Source: a virus (taxonomy: Duplodnaviria > Caudoviricetes). From it: a stretch of DNA of 39,062 bases. The stretch is taken from IMG/VR virus record IMGVR_UViG_3300036391_000025, positions 1 to 39,062 of that record. The stretch is one strand, 5' to 3'. The notes below the pieces were generated by a model. It did no database searches. It was not told the origin of the DNA and was given only the letters and a program-made list of their open reading frames with translations. Shown piece by piece: positions 35,899 to 39,062 of this stretch. Position numbers and translations under genes: made by a program. Each line of letters opens with the position of its first letter. Position 1 is the first letter of the stretch.

Positions 35899-36122
35899 GC
35901 TGCACCTGCCTTGCGGGCAGCGACGAATGCCCTGATATCGGCCTCGTTTTCCTTGCAGAAAACCAGTGTCGCGCGAATGGCATGAATGCGGTCCATCAAC
36001 ATGGCCGCCGCCTCTGGCTTCATCTTCCCGGCGCGGATCTGCTCGGGATAAACCCGCTCTCGCATCTGGATTTCGCGGTCGATCTCGGCGAGCTGGCCGA
36101 TGATGGAGATTTTACCGGCCAT
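35895..36122 (-). CDS. Small conserved phage protein
   Basis: QLAEIDREIQMRERVYP; coupled to A. Confidence 0.75.
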   Translation of the reverse strand: MAGKISIIGQLAEIDREIQMRERVYPEQIRAGKMKPEAAAMLMDRIHAIRATLVFCKENEADIRAFVAARKAGAA

Positions 36123-36580
36123 TACAGCCCCCGCCGCTTGATGGTGACGGGCGTTGCCGTCAGCGTCTTGAGTTCGGCGGCCAGAGCACGTTGCTGTTGC
36201 TGCACTCTGGCGATTTCAGCCAGGCGCGCTTCATCGCCTTCCAGAAGCAGCAAGCCATCGTCGGAAACGATCACGTCCCAGAGCCAGTTCGCGCCGGTGG
36301 CGCGGACGAAGGCCTTGAACCGGACGAGGCTGATATCGTGGCTGGTCTTGCTCTCGGCCGTATAGGCGTCCAGCGCTCCTTTGGAGATCGAAGCGAGCCG
36401 CAGGTACTGCGCCATGCGGGCCGCGATGGTTGGGCGGTCGTAGGTGCATTCGCGGATGGCGCGCGCCATTGCTCGCTTCAGGTTCCCCCGGAACCGGTCA
36501 AGGTCCAACCGTTCGGAAGCCGAGCGGGAAGGGAAAACAGCCTTGGCGAAAAAGTCGAATTGGGCAGGGTCGCGTTTCAT
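36122..36580 (-). CDS. Putative phage regulatory (HTH-like) protein
   Basis: IAARMAQYL...ISKGALDAYTAES pattern; coupled to neighbours. Confidence 0.7.
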   Translation of the reverse strand: MKRDPAQFDFFAKAVFPSRSASERLDLDRFRGNLKRAMARAIRECTYDRPTIAARMAQYLRLASISKGALDAYTAESKTSHDISLVRFKAFVRATGANWLWDVIVSDDGLLLLEGDEARLAEIARVQQQQRALAAELKTLTATPVTIKRRGL

Positions 36581-37404
36581 TCTGCAGCCTCAAGGTAGGA
36601 GAAGTCACCCATGCTGCCGATATGGTCGAGGACGCGGCGCAGCGTGTCGTTGTCCGCCTTGGCGAGCAGGGCGCTCACCTTGCGGAAAATGTCCTCTTGG
36701 GGGTCGGTCGCGGTCACCGGGCCTTTGAGCCACTTTAAAACCGGCTTCAAATCGGGGTTTTCGCGCAGGGCTGCGGCGACCTTCAGCTGATCATCTGCAG
36801 GCAGCTTTGCCAGCTTCAGGAGCGTCGATTGATCGTTTTCCGCTTCGGTACCGCGCACCGCCTGGCGAAGGGTCGGGTGCAGGTTCTTGCCGATGCGGGT
36901 CACCTTTTTATAGGTGGTTTCGCCAAAGCCCAGGCGCTCTTGAACCTGCTTTGAAAGTTCGCGACCCGATGCAAAAACAACAGGGCACTCGGTGTCCTGT
37001 TTTGTCGGGCGTCCACCGTTTGAGTTGATTTTGCCGTGTTTCTCTTCCCAGAGTTCACGGTGCTTCATCACAAAGATGGCGCGATCGAGCGGGTTGAGCT
37101 CGTTACGGTAGAGGTTCTCGGAGATCTCCAGCAACTGGGCTTCGAGAGCGTCAGCCACCACGATGATTGCGTCGAGTTCGCTCCAGCCGAGCAGCTTCGC
37201 CGCTGTGGTGCGGTATCCGCCAGCTACCAGCGTAAAGGGCGTGGCACCCTTATTCTTCGCGGGCGTCCGGCGGATCATAATCGGGCTGATTTGCCCGCGT
37301 TCGGACATTGAGGCGGCGAGCGCCTCGACATAGGCCGGGTCGATGGGGCGAAGACGCTCGCCAAAATGGATGTCCGAAATGGTGGCGCGAATGAACTCAG
37401 CCAT
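36577..37404 (-). CDS. ParB N-terminal domain protein
   Basis: LAASMSERGQISPI, LVAGGYRTTA, EISENLYRNELNPLDRA. Confidence 0.88.
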   Translation of the reverse strand: MAEFIRATISDIHFGERLRPIDPAYVEALAASMSERGQISPIMIRRTPAKNKGATPFTLVAGGYRTTAAKLLGWSELDAIIVVADALEAQLLEISENLYRNELNPLDRAIFVMKHRELWEEKHGKINSNGGRPTKQDTECPVVFASGRELSKQVQERLGFGETTYKKVTRIGKNLHPTLRQAVRGTEAENDQSTLLKLAKLPADDQLKVAAALRENPDLKPVLKWLKGPVTATDPQEDIFRKVSALLAKADNDTLRRVLDHIGSMGDFSYLEAAE

Positions 37405-37772
37405 TATGCGGCCTCCTCACGGCTTGCCGCGTCGCGCAGCGCCTCCATGAAGAGATCCTTCGCACGGGCCGAAATCCGCTCGTAGGTGCGCTCGAAAACC
37501 GGCTCTTGGCGGCGCTCATAAATGACATCAACCGCGTGAGCGACTGTTGCTCGGCCGAGGCCCAGCAACGCCACGATGCGGCGACGCGGAATGTCCCATT
37601 CGACGTTGAGCAAATGGATGGCTACGTGCCGCGCCAGCGCTGCGTCGAGCAGGTGCGGCGGCGGGGTAATGATGTGGCGGATCGGCAGATGGCTGAAATG
37701 CGAACGGCTGGCCCGGTAGCAGGCCGAAATCATTGCCTGCAGGCGCTCTTCCTCGGAGTAGGGGTTCAGCAT
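37404..37772 (-). CDS. DnaA domain IV / TrpR-like HTH protein
   Basis: LARHVAIHLL...IVALLGLGRATVAHAVDVI. Confidence 0.7.
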   Translation of the reverse strand: MLNPYSEEERLQAMISACYRASRSHFSHLPIRHIITPPPHLLDAALARHVAIHLLNVEWDIPRRRIVALLGLGRATVAHAVDVIYERRQEPVFERTYERISARAKDLFMEALRDAASREEAA

Positions 37773-37906
37773 CAATTCACCTGCACAATCTGGCGGATGA
37801 CCGCAGCGGCGGCAGCTGCCACACCGGCGACTGAGACCGCAAAGATGAGGGCGATATCCGCGATGCGGCAGATCGGCTCGCGCGATGGAATGAACGGGTT
37901 TTGCAT
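37772..37906 (-). CDS. Small hydrophobic peptide (44 aa)
   Basis: ATG at 37906; single TM-like stretch; TGATG overlap with the next gene. Confidence 0.5.
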   Translation of the reverse strand: MQNPFIPSREPICRIADIALIFAVSVAGVAAAAAAVIRQIVQVN

Positions 37907-37962
37907 GTCTATTTTAACCTGCTGTTTCGTCATTGTGGGGCTCGACCATTTGGGGGATTGTC

Positions 37963-38089
37963 GGGGTGTGGCGCAGACGACTGGACTGGACAGCCGGGGC
38001 AGGCCCCGCGAAAGCGGACAACGACTTGCTCTGCCGGTGAAGACCCGGATGCCAAAGGCTAGAACAGTGAGCTGTCTGCGCCACACCTT
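37963..38089. ncRNA. Candidate structured RNA immediately after ner
   Basis: Perfect 14-bp inverted repeat (37965-78/38074-87) enclosing CCGC-GAAA-GCGG and other short stems. Confidence 0.45.
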
Positions 38090-38412
38090 CAGGCGGCCTC
38101 TTGGGAGGCGAGACGCCTGGCATAGCGATAGTTCTCGACGGGCTGCGGCAGCAGCCGATCGCCGTCAGCGTGGTAGCGCGAACGCCACAGCAAATGCGGT
38201 CGCGTCTTCAGGGCGGCGGCAATGGCCCGCTCGCCGGCAAGATGCGGCTCATGCACGGCGTTTCCAGCCGTGCCACGGGGCAGCTTGTAGTCTTCGTCGA
38301 TCTGGGCGAGCGTCAGTTTTTCGAGGATCAACCGGCCCTTGATGCGGGCGACCTCCTCAAGGCGGCGGCGCTCTGCGCGGTTGTTCTTGTCGGCGGGTAG
38401 ATCGCGATGCAT
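38089..38412 (-). CDS. ner: Ner-like transcriptional regulator
   Basis: LTLAQID...GERAIAAALKTRPHLLWRSRY; divergent from the repressor; SD AAGGA. Confidence 0.88.
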   Translation of the reverse strand: MHRDLPADKNNRAERRRLEEVARIKGRLILEKLTLAQIDEDYKLPRGTAGNAVHEPHLAGERAIAAALKTRPHLLWRSRYHADGDRLLPQPVENYRYARRLASQEAA

Positions 38413-38433
38413 AAAGGATTCCTTGATCCAGAT

Positions 38434-38461
38434 GGGGAGGCCCTGGCCGGCCTCCTTTTTT
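38434..38461 (+). terminator. Terminator-like hairpin on the + strand in the ner leader
   Basis: GGAGGCC-N6-GGCCTCC-TTTTTT. Confidence 0.5.
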
Positions 38462-38489
38462 GGGGTGATGTAGTCTGCGAACACAGAGA

Positions 38490-38540
38490 GGATTAAACCA
38501 ATATTTGGGTAAAGTAAACCGAGTTATTGGTTTAAATAAT
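38490..38540. promoter_or_regulatory. Lysis/lysogeny switch: early promoter and two operators
   Basis: - strand TTTACT-N17-TAATCC (38518-38490); tandem TAAACC-N8-GGTWWA at 38494-38513 and 38515-38534. Confidence 0.65.
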
Positions 38541-38543
38541 TGA

Positions 38544-39062
38544 TTGGCTAGACCGGAAAGCGAACCGAAGACCCCGCTTGGGGCACGTCTGCGCGAGCTA
38601 AGGCGGCAACTGGGTGATCCTGATCGAGATCTGGTGGCTCAGCGCCTGGGCGTCAGTAAAAACACCATCGCCTCGTATGAACGCGGTGAAACGGAACCGG
38701 CTGCGTCGGCATTAGCCGCTTACAGGGCAGTTTATGGAGCTAGCCCGATTTGGATTATCTCTGGCGAAGGGCCGATGTTCGACGACATGTCGAAAGCGCC
38801 AGCGCCGAGCATTGGGGTCGATATCGTCCTGCTGCAAAAGCTACACGACACGGTCCAGGCCGTATTCGTCGAGTGCAAGCAGACGCCCCCACCTCGGGCC
38901 GTTACTGCAGAGGCGGGTGAACTCTATAATCAGTTGTTGGGAATGGTGTCGGATATCAGGGATAAGGCCGTGGTGACGGCGCTGATCCCTGTGCTGCGTG
39001 AGCGCTTCAAGGAGCGGATTGCCAACGCCGAGCCTGGGTCTGGCAAACTCTCGGCCTCATGA
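38544..39062 (+). CDS. Prophage repressor (XRE/Cro-CI HTH)
   Basis: LGARLRELR...VAQRLGVSKNTIASYERGETEP, WIISGEG; divergent from ner; TTG start. Confidence 0.88.
   Translation: MARPESEPKTPLGARLRELRRQLGDPDRDLVAQRLGVSKNTIASYERGETEPAASALAAYRAVYGASPIWIISGEGPMFDDMSKAPAPSIGVDIVLLQKLHDTVQAVFVECKQTPPPRAVTAEAGELYNQLLGMVSDIRDKAVVTALIPVLRERFKERIANAEPGSGKLSAS

Larger units (their letters stand above)
1..39062 (-). mobile_element. Mu-like transposable prophage with P2-type contractile tail (ends not visible in window)
   Basis: MuA/MuB, ner, gemA, Mu gp27-30, protease I and gpT in Mu order; P2-like V/W/J/I, sheath, tube, E/E', T, U, X and D tail genes. Confidence 0.95.

Noticed and set aside
37914-38123. 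69-aa ORF after ner
   Set aside because: Low-complexity translation over a structured region and overlaps ner; not supportable as a protein
1-39062. Phage termini, CRISPR arrays, rRNA or tRNA genes
   Set aside because: None seen; the window starts and ends at stop codons, so the ends probably lie outside it

Overview
The window is an apparently near-complete transposable (Mu-like) prophage, probably from an alphaproteobacterium (inferred from high GC and gene content). Almost all genes are on the - strand. Read right to left: divergent repressor (+) / ner switch; early operon (DnaA-IV-like HTH, ParB-like, MuA transposase, MuB ATPase, DUF3164, GemA, ASCH); a + strand moron; Mor/C-type late activator; GH19 endolysin cassette; Mu-type packaging and head genes; a P2-type contractile tail; a Dam-family methyltransferase in the mom position; and a terminal membrane-protein moron. 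The phage ends are not visible. Signals the ORF track does not explain: (1) a MuF protein with a C-terminal nuclease-like domain and no immunity ORF, faced by a promoter-driven, ~63-nt tRNA-like RNA (candidate RNA-antitoxin system); (2) three copies of a palindrome GGTCCG-N4-CGGACC upstream of the three late operons; (3) an in-frame relic of a second tail-fibre C-terminus after the fibre stop codon; (4) a structured, Com-less methyltransferase leader with a UUUGGCG antisense-type loop; (5) a structured element after ner; (6) a -1 frameshift in the tail chaperone. All family assignments come from motif recognition and synteny, not database searches.
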